From sequence record PP400788: 64,000 nt of DNA; one strand, written 5' to 3'. This DNA is from Escherichia phage FL33. The notes under the pieces were generated by a model. The model did not search any database, was not told where the DNA came from, and saw nothing but the letters and a program-made list of their open reading frames with translations. Shown piece by piece: positions 1 to 7,667 of the stretch; position 1 is the first letter of the stretch, and each line of letters starts with the position of its first letter. The translations under genes and the position numbers were made by a program.

Positions 1-375
1 TTTCATTAAAATTTTTTCATCAAGTCGTTGTTGACTCAATTTAATAGCTGATTTGCATGGATTATAATCATTTTTCCATTCTACTGGAATATCGCTGATG
101 TCAGGAACTTCAGTATCTTTTATACTGAACCCTCGTTTTAAGCATTCCGTTATAATGTCTAATTGACGCTTTCGCAAAAATTCTAACTTATCGTAAAAGA
201 AAGTAACATGACCAGAACCTAAAATAAATTTAGAAGATATTTTAAAATCTTTAACGCGCTTACCATTTGCCACATGCTTACGAACTATACCAAAAACACG
301 TGGCAATTCACGATATTCTGCGATTAAATGTTGATCAGCAAGTTCAGATACTAAAGTCAAATTAATACGAGTCAT
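1..375 (-). CDS. denV: Endonuclease V (pyrimidine-dimer DNA glycosylase), N-terminal part; 3' end lies beyond the window edge
   Basis: Minus-strand ORF starting at ATG 375 with GGAGGG SD (rc of 381-386); translation [17 protein letters not shown]... matches T4 DenV N-terminus from memory; ORF runs off the window. Confidence 0.8.
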   Translation of the reverse strand, partial: MTRINLTLVSELADQHLIAEYRELPRVFGIVRKHVANGKRVKDFKISSKFILGSGHVTFFYDKLEFLRKRQLDIITECLKRGFSIKDTEVPDISDIPVEWKNDYNPCKSAIKLSQQRLDEKILMK

Positions 376-434
376 TTTATCCCTCCAAGTAACTGTGAAT
401 ATACTATCACAATTCTAGGAGAAAGTAAACAACT

Positions 435-965
<531 letters not shown>

Positions 966-1421
966 TTAAAAGAGGCTGTTCATTATTCGGTAAAGTGAAG
1001 GACCCATCACATATTGCCACTGAGTACGAGGAATAAGAGCAAAAGCATCCATCTCTGGAATCATAACGCCATCTTTATTTTCAAAATAAGACTCGCAATG
1101 GCAATTTCTAAACATCTCATGCTCTACTGGAATCGTATAATAAAATAACTGTAAGTCTTTATTACTAGAATATTTAAATACACCTAGGTCTTCTAGAAGG
1201 TCTGGATTATAATTGCTAAAACCGGTCTCTTCTAAGCATTCTCTTTTTGCAGCTTCCAGTGCATTCAAATCAGAACTTTCTACACGTCCCTTTGGAATAT
1301 CCCAGCGATGTGCCATCATTCCAGGCTTACGAGAACCAGTAACCCGACCCATAAATAAATCTTTATCTTCTGTCATGAAGATAATACCAGCTGATAATGT
1401 TTTCATTTTAATTTCCTGCAT
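966..1421 (-). CDS. nudE: Nudix hydrolase
   Basis: 151 aa; Nudix box visible (GRVESSDLNALEAAKRECLEETGF); position immediately upstream of e as in T4; alternative start at 1406. Confidence 0.85.
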   Translation of the reverse strand: MQEIKMKTLSAGIIFMTEDKDLFMGRVTGSRKPGMMAHRWDIPKGRVESSDLNALEAAKRECLEETGFSNYNPDLLEDLGVFKYSSNKDLQLFYYTIPVEHEMFRNCHCESYFENKDGVMIPEMDAFALIPRTQWQYVMGPSLYRIMNSLF

Positions 1422-1801
1422 TCAGTGATAAAGTTATTTAAATTTTGAGCATATTTCTTTTCATCAAAAATCTTTTGTTGTCTGCGTAAACGCCATGGCA
1501 TTTCAATGAACATACGCCATATTCCTGATAATACTGCTGCTGTAAAAATATTAACAAGTATAGTTAAAAGAACCCAATCTCCTATTCTGTCCATTGGATT
1601 TTTTATAAAAAAGTAAAATACGAACGATGATATAGGAAGACTAATAATATACCACAGAATCATAATCTTATCTGTGAACCAATCAGCGTTCGTTAACTTA
1701 GCGCGACCATTATAAATACACACGAATTTATCATCTGTTGCAGTAGATGGCTTAGCTGCTTGATATCCCATTCTAAACTCCCTAATCAGCAAATTTTTCA
1801 T
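1403..1801 (-). CDS. Small 2-TM membrane protein with basic C-terminal tail (paralog family member 1)
   Basis: 132 aa; two hydrophobic helices (ILWYIISLPISSFVFYFFI, WVLLTILVNIFTAAVLSGIW); C-terminal ...FITECRKLK; start ATG overlaps stop of an upstream micro-ORF (ATGA). Confidence 0.6.
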   Translation of the reverse strand: MKNLLIREFRMGYQAAKPSTATDDKFVCIYNGRAKLTNADWFTDKIMILWYIISLPISSFVFYFFIKNPMDRIGDWVLLTILVNIFTAAVLSGIWRMFIEMPWRLRRQQKIFDEKKYAQNLNNFITECRKLK

Positions 1802-1886
1802 ATCTTCGGAACAGCCATTCCAGTCAACTCTATCAACTGAAATGCCATCATCCCATCATCTAAATCATACCAGCGAGTTTTTAAAA

Positions 1887-2249
1887 TCATCTGATTTTCC
1901 TACAATCACTCACAAACTCTTTCATTGATTCATTTTCAATATAAGACATGTAGTTATTATATTCTTTTAACTGTATTTTGTAATCCTTTTTTCTTTGCCA
2001 ATTTATTTTAAAATTATCATAATGAAAATATAGTATAGTACCAAAGAATGAAAATAATGAAATCGCTATAGTATAACGAAGTTCGCTCCAAACCTCTGTT
2101 ATAATTGCTGAACTATCGACGTTTAAAATAAAACAGTCAATCATTAGTCCAATAAGACTACCCGCAAGAGCTGCAAATACTGATACGGCAAGAATTAATA
2201 GTGCCTCAAGAAACGAATATTTGACTTTATTTAGTTTTGGCTTTTGCAT
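1887..2249 (-). CDS. Small 2-TM membrane protein (paralog family member 2)
   Basis: 120 aa; two TM helices; C-terminal ...EFVSDCRKIR; stop overlaps downstream start (ATGA). Confidence 0.6.
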   Translation of the reverse strand: MQKPKLNKVKYSFLEALLILAVSVFAALAGSLIGLMIDCFILNVDSSAIITEVWSELRYTIAISLFSFFGTILYFHYDNFKINWQRKKDYKIQLKEYNNYMSYIENESMKEFVSDCRKIR

Positions 2250-2611
2250 CGTGATTCCTTAACAAATTTCATAATTTCGTTAAATTCATACATATCTAGT
2301 TTAAGCTGGTGTTCCTTTTTAATCTTTTTACACTGAGCTTTCCATTCACGTACGCGTTTACGATAATGCCTTCCTTGATACCAGTATCCTACCCAATTTA
2401 CAGGTACTAATAAAAGTGGAACTATTAATGGAAGAATTAGCATTAACACAAGTATTTCGCCAGAATCAATATCAGTCATAACATCTAAAACACCTCCAAT
2501 AATCAATAGAATGAGTATAACAGGACCTATTAACACATCAGTAGAAATTATCTGACGCTTTAATTCATACTTCAACGGTTTACTTGGAAGGTATAGTGAT
2601 GGCTTTGACAT
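2231..2611 (-). CDS. Small 2-TM membrane protein (paralog family member 3)
   Basis: Start taken at ATG 2611 (MSKPSLYLPSK; AAGGAA SD upstream) rather than the track start 2632; two TM helices; C-terminal ...FVKESRCKSQN. Confidence 0.55.
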   Translation of the reverse strand: MSKPSLYLPSKPLKYELKRQIISTDVLIGPVILILLIIGGVLDVMTDIDSGEILVLMLILPLIVPLLLVPVNWVGYWYQGRHYRKRVREWKAQCKKIKKEHQLKLDMYEFNEIMKFVKESRCKSQN

Positions 2612-3188
2612 ATTCTCTACATTCCTTAACAAATTTTTCTAGTAATAAATCACTTTCAAAATTGGGATTTTCTACAAATTTATCAAAAAGATCATCAACA
2701 ATAGTTAAGATATTCTTTTTACTAAGAATACGTTTATTTTCATGCTTCGTTTCAGAATCAACTATAAGAGTAAAGAAATATTTCTTGCCCTGAAATTTTA
2801 CAGTAGTATCAATATAAAATAAATTTGACTTTTGTAAATTACGTTTAAACCATGCGTCACTTAAACTATAAACGCCAAGATAATCATAATCGTCGTTTAA
2901 ATAACAAACTGTCCATTCAGGAGAAATGAAATCAGTAAATTCAACGTCAAAATCGCATGTTAATAAATGAATTGATTCAATACTGTTAATAAGTATTCCA
3001 GGACGTATTAAAGACTTTTTACCTCTAGAAAATCTTCCAGAAAGACTTTCATCAGTTTCATATGAAGAACCCCAATAATAATTACGTCCTTCTGCCATAC
3101 GTTTAAGAGCATTTAGTAATTGGTCTGGAACATCAACCCGTCTTTGGAACTCTTCAAACATTGAATTGAAATCACTTTGCATTTTCAT
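2580..3188 (-). CDS. Hypothetical protein (202 aa), soluble, shares C-terminal FVKECR motif with downstream membrane paralogs
   Basis: ATG at 3188 with GGAG SD (rc of 3195-3205); C-terminal region overlaps start of next gene. Confidence 0.6.
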   Translation of the reverse strand: MKMQSDFNSMFEEFQRRVDVPDQLLNALKRMAEGRNYYWGSSYETDESLSGRFSRGKKSLIRPGILINSIESIHLLTCDFDVEFTDFISPEWTVCYLNDDYDYLGVYSLSDAWFKRNLQKSNLFYIDTTVKFQGKKYFFTLIVDSETKHENKRILSKKNILTIVDDLFDKFVENPNFESDLLLEKFVKECREYVKAITIPSK

Positions 3189-3209
3189 TCCTATTTACTC
3201 CAAGTAATA

Positions 3210-3224
3210 GGGGCCGAAGCCCCT
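3210..3224 (-). other. Intergenic GC stem-loop (GGGGCCGAAGCCCC)
   Basis: Perfect 5-bp GC stem with GAA-type loop between stop of 3230..3823 gene and SD of the 2580..3188 gene; not followed by a clear T-run. Confidence 0.4.
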
Positions 3225-3229
3225 TATCA

Positions 3230-3823
3230 TTATTTCAGAGAATTAATATATTCCTGGACATCGGCAGAGGTAGTTTCAACCCCAGAAATATTGCCGTTAA
3301 AAGTTTCAACTCGAGCAAGGGTATCTTCAATATCAACCTTAGTCAGTGCTGCAATTTCAACTACATCATCGGCAGTACTAATTCCAAGGGCATTCGCTGC
3401 ACGAGTTTCACGGATATATTCCAATTTAACCGCAAGTTCTTGACGAGCATCATCTAACTCAACTACTTTCTTGGCGATTTCAATTCGCATTTCAGCATAA
3501 CCGTCAGCCTTAGTAGTCAACTGCTCAGCTGTTCGACGATATAGTAAACCGAGTTTAGCATGCATTGTTACATCTTGGCCTTCGGAAAGAAGTTTACGAA
3601 TTTCACGCTCTTTTGATTCGGCCTGTCGATTCTTTTCGATAACAAGTTCACGAATACGTTTTTCTTCGTTAATAGATTTAACAGAAGCAGTTTTTAGATC
3701 TTTAATTTTATCAAGTAGTTTTGCTGCTGCAGCAGTATACTGTTCTTCGACAGATAGATTTTTAGCCATAGCAGAACCAAGTTTAGTGCGAATAAACTCA
3801 ACAATTTTCTTCAGTGTGTTCAT
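3230..3823 (-). CDS. Coiled-coil protein, possible PspA/IM30 (phage-shock protein A)-like
   Basis: 197 aa, heptad-rich charged sequence; segments [27 protein letters not shown] and [12 protein letters not shown] resemble E. coli PspA from memory; AAGGAA SD upstream of ATG 3823. Confidence 0.45.
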   Translation of the reverse strand: MNTLKKIVEFIRTKLGSAMAKNLSVEEQYTAAAAKLLDKIKDLKTASVKSINEEKRIRELVIEKNRQAESKEREIRKLLSEGQDVTMHAKLGLLYRRTAEQLTTKADGYAEMRIEIAKKVVELDDARQELAVKLEYIRETRAANALGISTADDVVEIAALTKVDIEDTLARVETFNGNISGVETTSADVQEYINSLK

Positions 3824-3866
3824 AGTATTTCCTTAGGTTAATTGAGATTTAAAATCCATGAGAGTA

Positions 3867-4043
3867 TTATACTCCGGATAGTTTGTAAACTATTTCAACA
3901 TCGCCTTTTGCTGCTTTATAACCTTCAGCCCAAGATATAACCGACTTCTTATCTGAAGATTCAAATTCTGGCATTGGGCTTTCGCCAATGTTCACGCAGT
4001 ATGTTTCTTCATTTTCGTCGAACCAAATAATTAAAGTAGTCAT
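3867..4043 (-). CDS. Small hypothetical protein (58 aa), below the ORF-track size cutoff
   Basis: ATG at 4043 preceded by GGAGAAATAA; translation MTTLIIWFDENEETYCVNIGESPMPEFESSDKKSVISWAEGYKAAKGDVEIVYKLSGV; stop TAA at 3867-3869. Confidence 0.5.
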   Translation of the reverse strand: MTTLIIWFDENEETYCVNIGESPMPEFESSDKKSVISWAEGYKAAKGDVEIVYKLSGV

Positions 4044-4112
4044 TTATTTCTCCGTTTTCTGTATTTGTTTTGATAAGTCTATAATAACACCGTCCTTGGC
4101 GCTTGTACACAA

Positions 4113-4376
4113 TTATTTCATATTATTGAAATATTCTTCTGCGATTTCATCGTTATCATGGTAAACTTTAGAAGACAGTTTAACATAACCTTCAGCAGTG
4201 AACATGTTAATCACAACCTTTACAGTATACCACTGACCATCTTCATTACCCATTACTGCATAGGTTTCAAACATCGGATGGTCAGGACCGATAACTTTAA
4301 TATCATTCACTGTACGACCGAAATCTTCTGAAACACATTTCATAAAGAAGTTGAACAGTTCGCCGTAATTATCCAT
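4113..4376 (-). CDS. Hypothetical protein (87 aa)
   Basis: Track ORF 4113..4388 begins at TTG; first ATG (MDNYGELF...) at 4376 is preceded by GGAG at correct spacing. Confidence 0.6.
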   Translation of the reverse strand: MDNYGELFNFFMKCVSEDFGRTVNDIKVIGPDHPMFETYAVMGNEDGQWYTVKVVINMFTAEGYVKLSSKVYHDNDEIAEEYFNNMK

Positions 4377-4412
4377 TTCGTTCTCCAAGTTGTTTTCTGT
4401 ATCAGTAGTTGA

Positions 4413-4470
4413 TAGTTGTATAGTACCATGGAAGAACAGGGATGTAAACAGTTTTGTGAAAAATTTTTAA
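4413..4470 (-). promoter_or_regulatory. T4-type early promoter (copy 1 of 3 near-identical promoter repeats)
   Basis: Minus strand: A/T-rich UP region, GTTTACAT (-35; fwd gtaaac 4444-4449), 17-18 nt spacer, TACTAT -10 (fwd tagta 4421-4425); same architecture at 7305-7360 and 7668-7725. Confidence 0.55.
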
Positions 4471-4580
4471 AAAATTTTAGAGAATTCTAGGGTCAGGAGG
4501 GGCAATTAAAAGGTAGGATAATATATTATAAAGGGTATAAACCAAATGATGCCTAGAGAGGCCCGGAAAGGCCTAGATAC

Positions 4581-4612
4581 CAAAAAGCCCCAACCTTTCG
4601 GCTGGGGCTAAG
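4581..4612 (-). terminator. Rho-independent terminator hairpin (copy A of a 35-nt repeat)
   Basis: Minus strand AGCCCCAGCCGAAAGGTTGGGGCT followed by TTTTTGG; immediately downstream of the 4617..5090 gene. Confidence 0.7.
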
Positions 4613-4616
4613 AATG

Positions 4617-5090
4617 TTATTTGATTTGTTTAGCAGACCAAATGCGGTCTTTGATGATTTTTTGAATGTCTTCAACATACTCTAGGTCATGAGCATGTGG
4701 GTTATCTTTGAAACTATAAGCACGAGCTAGTTTTTGGCCTTCAGTTTTGATTACTAAAAGCTCTTTAAGGATAGCTTCATATTTAGCGATAATTCCTTTA
4801 ACAATATTTTTTTCTTGTGCAGCTTTAGGATCTGCTTTAGGAGCAGGTTTACCCGAAGCCTTTGCAAAAGCAGCACCAGTAGCAACTAAACTTTTCCAGG
4901 CCATACTAACCGCATTTCCTGTAAATCCTTCTGCTTTCATGTCGCGAGCAAACTTGAATCGTGATTCGTCAGAAGCATCTTTATAGGAATATTTACCCGC
5001 TGCAATGGCTGCTTTTGCGACAGCTTGAATTTCGGTGCTAGATGCTTCATTTAACACCGCTTCATTTAAAAATTGAGTATATGATTTCAT
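4617..5090 (-). CDS. Late-expressed protein with capsid-targeting-sequence-like N-terminus (predicted head-packaged internal protein)
   Basis: 157 aa from ATG 5090 (AGGAAA SD); N-terminus MKSYTQFLNEAVLNEASSTE resembles T4 internal-protein CTS MKTYQEF with LxE motifs typical of gp21 protease sites; Ala/Lys-rich body; track ORF start 5267 is upstream of a terminator and promoter and is rejected. Confidence 0.6.
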   Translation of the reverse strand: MKSYTQFLNEAVLNEASSTEIQAVAKAAIAAGKYSYKDASDESRFKFARDMKAEGFTGNAVSMAWKSLVATGAAFAKASGKPAPKADPKAAQEKNIVKGIIAKYEAILKELLVIKTEGQKLARAYSFKDNPHAHDLEYVEDIQKIIKDRIWSAKQIK

Positions 5091-5128
5091 CTTATTTCCT
5101 GTTTTAATTTGTAGATTTAATATACTAA

Positions 5129-5136
5129 TATTTATA
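5129..5136 (-). promoter_or_regulatory. T4-type late promoter TATAAATA (minus strand) for the 4617..5090 gene
   Basis: Forward TATTTATA at 5129-5136, between the upstream terminator hairpin and the SD/ATG at 5090. Confidence 0.55.
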
Positions 5137-5168
5137 CCAAAAAGCCCCAACCTTTCGGTCGGGGCTAA
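5136..5168 (-). terminator. Rho-independent terminator hairpin (copy B of the 35-nt repeat)
   Basis: TACCAAAAAGCCCCAACCTTTCGGTCGGGGCTAAG; differs from copy A (4578-4612) by a 2-nt swap; on the minus strand the stem is followed by a T-run. Confidence 0.7.
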
Positions 5169-5214
5169 GCCTTGCGGCAACCTTGTCGGGGTTCCACCTG
5201 CTAAGGCAAGTGTT

Positions 5215-5309
5215 TGTACGAAACGCCGGGATTCGAACCCGGTTATTAAGCAGTTGACGCTACTCAATATTTTTAAAAGGCCATATCTCGACCATATCCG
5301 AACGTTCCG
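5215..5309 (-). ncRNA. tRNA-like element / candidate small stable RNA (non-canonical)
   Basis: Minus strand has a perfect T-arm CCGGG-UUCGAAU-CCCGG (fwd 5226-5242) and a 7-bp acceptor-like pairing (fwd 5219-5225 with 5303-5309, one G-U), but the 5' half shows direct repeats (GAUAUGG x2), not D/anticodon arms. Confidence 0.35.
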
Positions 5310-5481
5310 TCAAAAACGCTACTCGGCTTATGGCAAAGATATTTCCTCGAATCGATAATTCGGTGCGCCGTTTCTGCTGTGATATAAGGGGGCATTAACA
5401 AACATAAAGATTTATTAATGCCAGTCCTTAAACAGGGAACATCAGTCCGACGACTTGCCGGTAGCGACCCGGCTTCTTGTC

Positions 5482-5557
5482 TGGTCGAGGCAGTAGGGAT
5501 CGAACCTACGACCCAGGACTTAGAAGGTCCTTGCTCTTCCTTCTGAGCTATGCCTCG
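5482..5557 (-). tRNA. tRNA-Arg (anticodon UCU)
   Basis: 76-nt cloverleaf: acceptor 5486-5492/5551-5557 fully paired, T-loop fwd GATCGAA, anticodon stem 5515-5519/5527-5531, loop CUUCUAA, CCA encoded (fwd TGG 5482-5484). Confidence 0.85.
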
Positions 5558-5561
5558 TATT

Positions 5562-5636
5562 TGGCGGACGTGATAGGATTCGAACCTATAACCAATCGCT
5601 TAACAGGCGATCGCTCTGCCATTGAGCTACACATCC
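5562..5636 (-). tRNA. tRNA-Asn (anticodon GUU)
   Basis: 75-nt cloverleaf: acceptor 5566-5572/5630-5636 (one G-U), T-arm ATAGG-ATTCGAA-CCTAT, anticodon stem 5595-5599/5607-5611 perfect, loop CUGUUAA, CCA encoded. Confidence 0.75.
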
Positions 5637-5640
5637 AAAT

Positions 5641-5727
5641 TGGTGGGGAGTGGTGGAGTCGAACCACCCGAGTCGCAATGACAATGGATTTACAGTCCAC
5701 ACCGCTACCTCTACGGGATAACTCCCC
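5641..5727 (-). tRNA. tRNA-Tyr (anticodon GUA), long-variable-arm type
   Basis: 87 nt: acceptor 5645-5651/5721-5727 perfect, T-arm GGTGG-AGTCGAA-CCACC, anticodon stem 5684-5688/5696-5700 (one G-U), loop CUGUAAA, CCA encoded. Confidence 0.7.
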
Positions 5728-5736
5728 AAATTAATT

Positions 5737-5811
5737 TGGTGGCCCTGGGTGGAATTGAACCACCATCTGGCGATTATGAGTCGCTTGCTTGAACCTTCCA
5801 GCTACAGGGCC
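5737..5811 (-). tRNA. tRNA with anticodon CAU (Ile-lysidine type or Met)
   Basis: Acceptor 5741-5747/5805-5811 perfect, T-arm GGTGG-AATTGAA-CCACC, anticodon loop CUCAUAA; position corresponds to T4 tRNA-Ile. Confidence 0.75.
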
Positions 5812-5812
5812 T

Positions 5813-5888
5813 TGGTGCTGATTGACGGAATTGAACCGCCGACCTTCTCATTACAAGTGAGTTGCTCTACCTACTGAGCTAAATCAGC
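5813..5888 (-). tRNA. tRNA-Thr (anticodon UGU)
   Basis: Acceptor 5817-5823/5882-5888 perfect, T-loop fwd AATTGAA, D stem GCTC/GAGC, anticodon loop CUUGUAA, CCA encoded. Confidence 0.8.
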
Positions 5889-5894
5889 AAAATC

Positions 5895-5984
5895 TGGCGG
5901 AGGCGATAGGATTTGAACCTATGAGTCGCCGGAGCGACTGCCGGTTTTCAAGACCGGTGCATTAAACCACTCTGCCACGCCTCC
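5895..5984 (-). tRNA. tRNA-Ser (anticodon UGA), long-variable-arm type
   Basis: 90 nt: acceptor 5899-5905/5978-5984 perfect, T-arm ATAGG-ATTTGAA-CCTAT, variable-arm hairpin GTCGC/GCGAC, anticodon stem CCGGT/ACCGG, loop CUUGAAA. Confidence 0.85.
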
Positions 5985-5986
5985 AG

Positions 5987-6060
5987 TCTCCGTGGCAGGA
6001 TTTGAACCTGCGACATTCTGCTCCCAAAGCAGACGCTCTACCAAACTGAGCTACACGGAG
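5987..6060 (-). tRNA. tRNA-Pro (anticodon UGG); CCA not encoded
   Basis: Acceptor 5988-5994/6054-6060 perfect, T-arm GCAGG-ATTTGAA-CCTGC, anticodon stem TCTGC/GCAGA, loop UUUGGGA; abuts tRNA-Ser with a 2-nt spacer (dimeric precursor arrangement as in T4). Confidence 0.85.
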
Positions 6061-6072
6061 TAAATTAAATTT

Positions 6073-6144
<72 letters not shown>

Positions 6145-6149
6145 AAATT

Positions 6150-6236
6150 TGGTGCGAGAAGTGGGACTCGAACCCACAAGGAAATCATTCCGCAGCATTT
6201 TAAGTGCTGTGCCTTTACCAATTTGACCATTCTCGC
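6150..6236 (-). tRNA. tRNA-Leu (anticodon UAA), long-variable-arm type
   Basis: 87 nt: acceptor 6154-6160/6230-6236 perfect, T-arm GTGGG-ACTCGAA-CCCAC, anticodon stem CAGCA/TGCTG, loop CUUAAAA, CCA encoded. Confidence 0.85.
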
Positions 6237-6237
6237 G

Positions 6238-6310
6238 CTGGGAATAAAGGACTCGAACCTTTGCATCCTGGAATCAAAATCCAGTGCCTTACCAACTTGG
6301 CTAATTCCCA
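6238..6310 (-). tRNA. tRNA-Gln (anticodon UUG); CCA not encoded
   Basis: Acceptor 6239-6245/6304-6310 perfect, T-arm AAAGG-ACTCGAA-CCTTT, anticodon stem CTGGA/TCCAG, loop UUUUGAU; separated from tRNA-Leu by 1 nt. Confidence 0.85.
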
Positions 6311-6407
6311 ATTATTAACAAAGGCTCTCTAACAAGAACCCTTGATGATAGAGGGTATTAATCAGTGCGGTATGAGTTAATAATAACAAATAATTCTTAA
6401 AGCATAT

Positions 6408-6695
6408 TTACCATTTATGATAATACGTATTTACGATACATTCAAGACCCAAAGGATTCTTGAAAATATCATATTCAAGAGGACCTTTTTCTGTTTCAAT
6501 AAAGAAATCAAAATTTACTGTATTAAATTTACGGTCTTCCTTCACTAATTTAACTTGAGAAGATGAACGGTCAATGTAAACCTTTTCAACTTCAAAACAG
6601 GTTAAAATGCCATAATCATCAATCAAGGCTTTAGCTGCTTCTTGATCATATTTATATCCATTTTCAATGGATGATACTTTAGCATAAAGAATCAT
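6408..6695 (-). CDS. Hypothetical protein (95 aa)
   Basis: Minus-strand ORF upstream of the tRNA array; stop/start junction with the next gene (6695/6698). Confidence 0.55.
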   Translation of the reverse strand: MILYAKVSSIENGYKYDQEAAKALIDDYGILTCFEVEKVYIDRSSSQVKLVKEDRKFNTVNFDFFIETEKGPLEYDIFKNPLGLECIVNTYYHKW

Positions 6696-6697
6696 TA

Positions 6698-7096
6698 TCA
6701 GCCTTCATCAACAATAGTATGAGTATTGGCATTTACGATTTGCCACCAGTCAAAGCGATTAGAACCCATCGGTTTGTTTTCATTTTCTTTGATAATGTCA
6801 CGGAGTTCATCTTCAGAGAATGCTTTAGCGATTAAATCGGTATACCCACCACGTGGATAATAATTATCACCTGCAAACAAAAGGAAATTTACCTTCCCGG
6901 AAGGAACATATGCTTCCTTAGGATACTTGTTTCCTGCGTGGTCAACCACTTCAATATAACGGTAAGGAATATCGGTTCTTTCAACCCATTGCCATGCCGC
7001 TGCAGGGCAATCGAAAGCATCTACACCTAAACGATTATCTTCATCTTTAGACGGATTATTTTCGTAATCCGCATATACATAATATTCAACGTTCAT
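6698..7096 (-). CDS. Hypothetical protein (132 aa)
   Basis: Compact minus-strand ORF; start ATG at 7096 overlaps stop of upstream gene. Confidence 0.6.
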   Translation of the reverse strand: MNVEYYVYADYENNPSKDEDNRLGVDAFDCPAAAWQWVERTDIPYRYIEVVDHAGNKYPKEAYVPSGKVNFLLFAGDNYYPRGGYTDLIAKAFSEDELRDIIKENENKPMGSNRFDWWQIVNANTHTIVDEG

Positions 7097-7281
7097 TATT
7101 CACCTTTAGAAATTTTATCCGTAACAATAGCGATTAAACCAATTAAAAATGCTACTACAAGTGAAAACACATTTTCTGCTGTAGTTAATAATCCGCATAT
7201 AAATCCAACAAACATTGAAAAACTGAAAGCAGAAGCAGAAATTGCAATAGCAACATTTCGAATTAATTCACAACGTTTCAT
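7096..7281 (-). CDS. Small hydrophobic membrane protein (61 aa)
   Basis: Two hydrophobic segments; GAGGAGAATAAA SD upstream of ATG 7281; early promoter repeat immediately upstream. Confidence 0.55.
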   Translation of the reverse strand: MKRCELIRNVAIAISASAFSFSMFVGFICGLLTTAENVFSLVVAFLIGLIAIVTDKISKGE

Positions 7282-7304
7282 TTTATTCTCCTCAGTAGTT
7301 GATA

Positions 7305-7360
7305 GGGTAATAGTATCACAACTAAAACCCTATGTAAACAACTTTGTGAAAAATTTATTA
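7305..7360 (-). promoter_or_regulatory. T4-type early promoter (copy 2 of 3)
   Basis: Minus strand GTTTACAT (fwd gtaaac 7334-7339), 17-nt spacer, TACTAT (fwd tagtat 7311-7316); shares a ~22-nt core ATGTAAACA(A/G)(C/T)TTTGTGAAA with copies 1 and 3. Confidence 0.55.
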
Positions 7361-7642
7361 CAAAAGATTTTTAGCAATAATTTTAAGCTGAGCTACTGAA
7401 ATATGCTTGGCTTTAAACAAAGCAGTTTCTTCAGCAGGGGAGATAACGATTGTAGCACCATCTTTCTTAGCGGACCATCCATCACCCAGGTAAACAGTAC
7501 CTTTGACTTCTTCGCCATCAACCAGGCTAATCATCGGTTTACCTTCACGTCCTTTGTTTGCTTTAATAACTTCAGAAGTAAGGGTCGCTTCAGTCAAAGT
7601 AGAAGCATTAGTCGTTGAAGTGAATTCTTGATAAGTTTTCAT
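7358..7642 (-). CDS. Internal protein (head-packaged) with canonical capsid targeting sequence
   Basis: 94 aa beginning MKTYQEF (T4 IP capsid-targeting sequence) followed by LTE/TSE candidate gp21 cleavage sites; sits in the ipI position upstream of 57B. Confidence 0.75.
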   Translation of the reverse strand: MKTYQEFTSTTNASTLTEATLTSEVIKANKGREGKPMISLVDGEEVKGTVYLGDGWSAKKDGATIVISPAEETALFKAKHISVAQLKIIAKNLL

Positions 7643-7667
7643 TTTATTTTCCTAATTAATTTTGATG

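Noticed and set aside
4578-5168. Possibility that the two 35-nt repeats are a CRISPR-like or attachment-site repeat
   Set aside because: Only two copies, each forming a hairpin followed by a T-run on the minus strand; no spacers or cas/integrase genes; they are better explained as terminators flanking a cassette.
4617-5267. Long version of the track ORF (216 aa, start at 5267)
   Set aside because: The N-terminal 59 codons run through a terminator hairpin and a late promoter and overlap the tRNA-like element; the internal ATG at 5090 has a proper SD and yields the CTS-type N-terminus.
5215-5309. An eleventh canonical tRNA
   Set aside because: T-arm and acceptor pairing are present but no D-arm or anticodon arm can be folded; kept only as a tRNA-like/stable RNA candidate.
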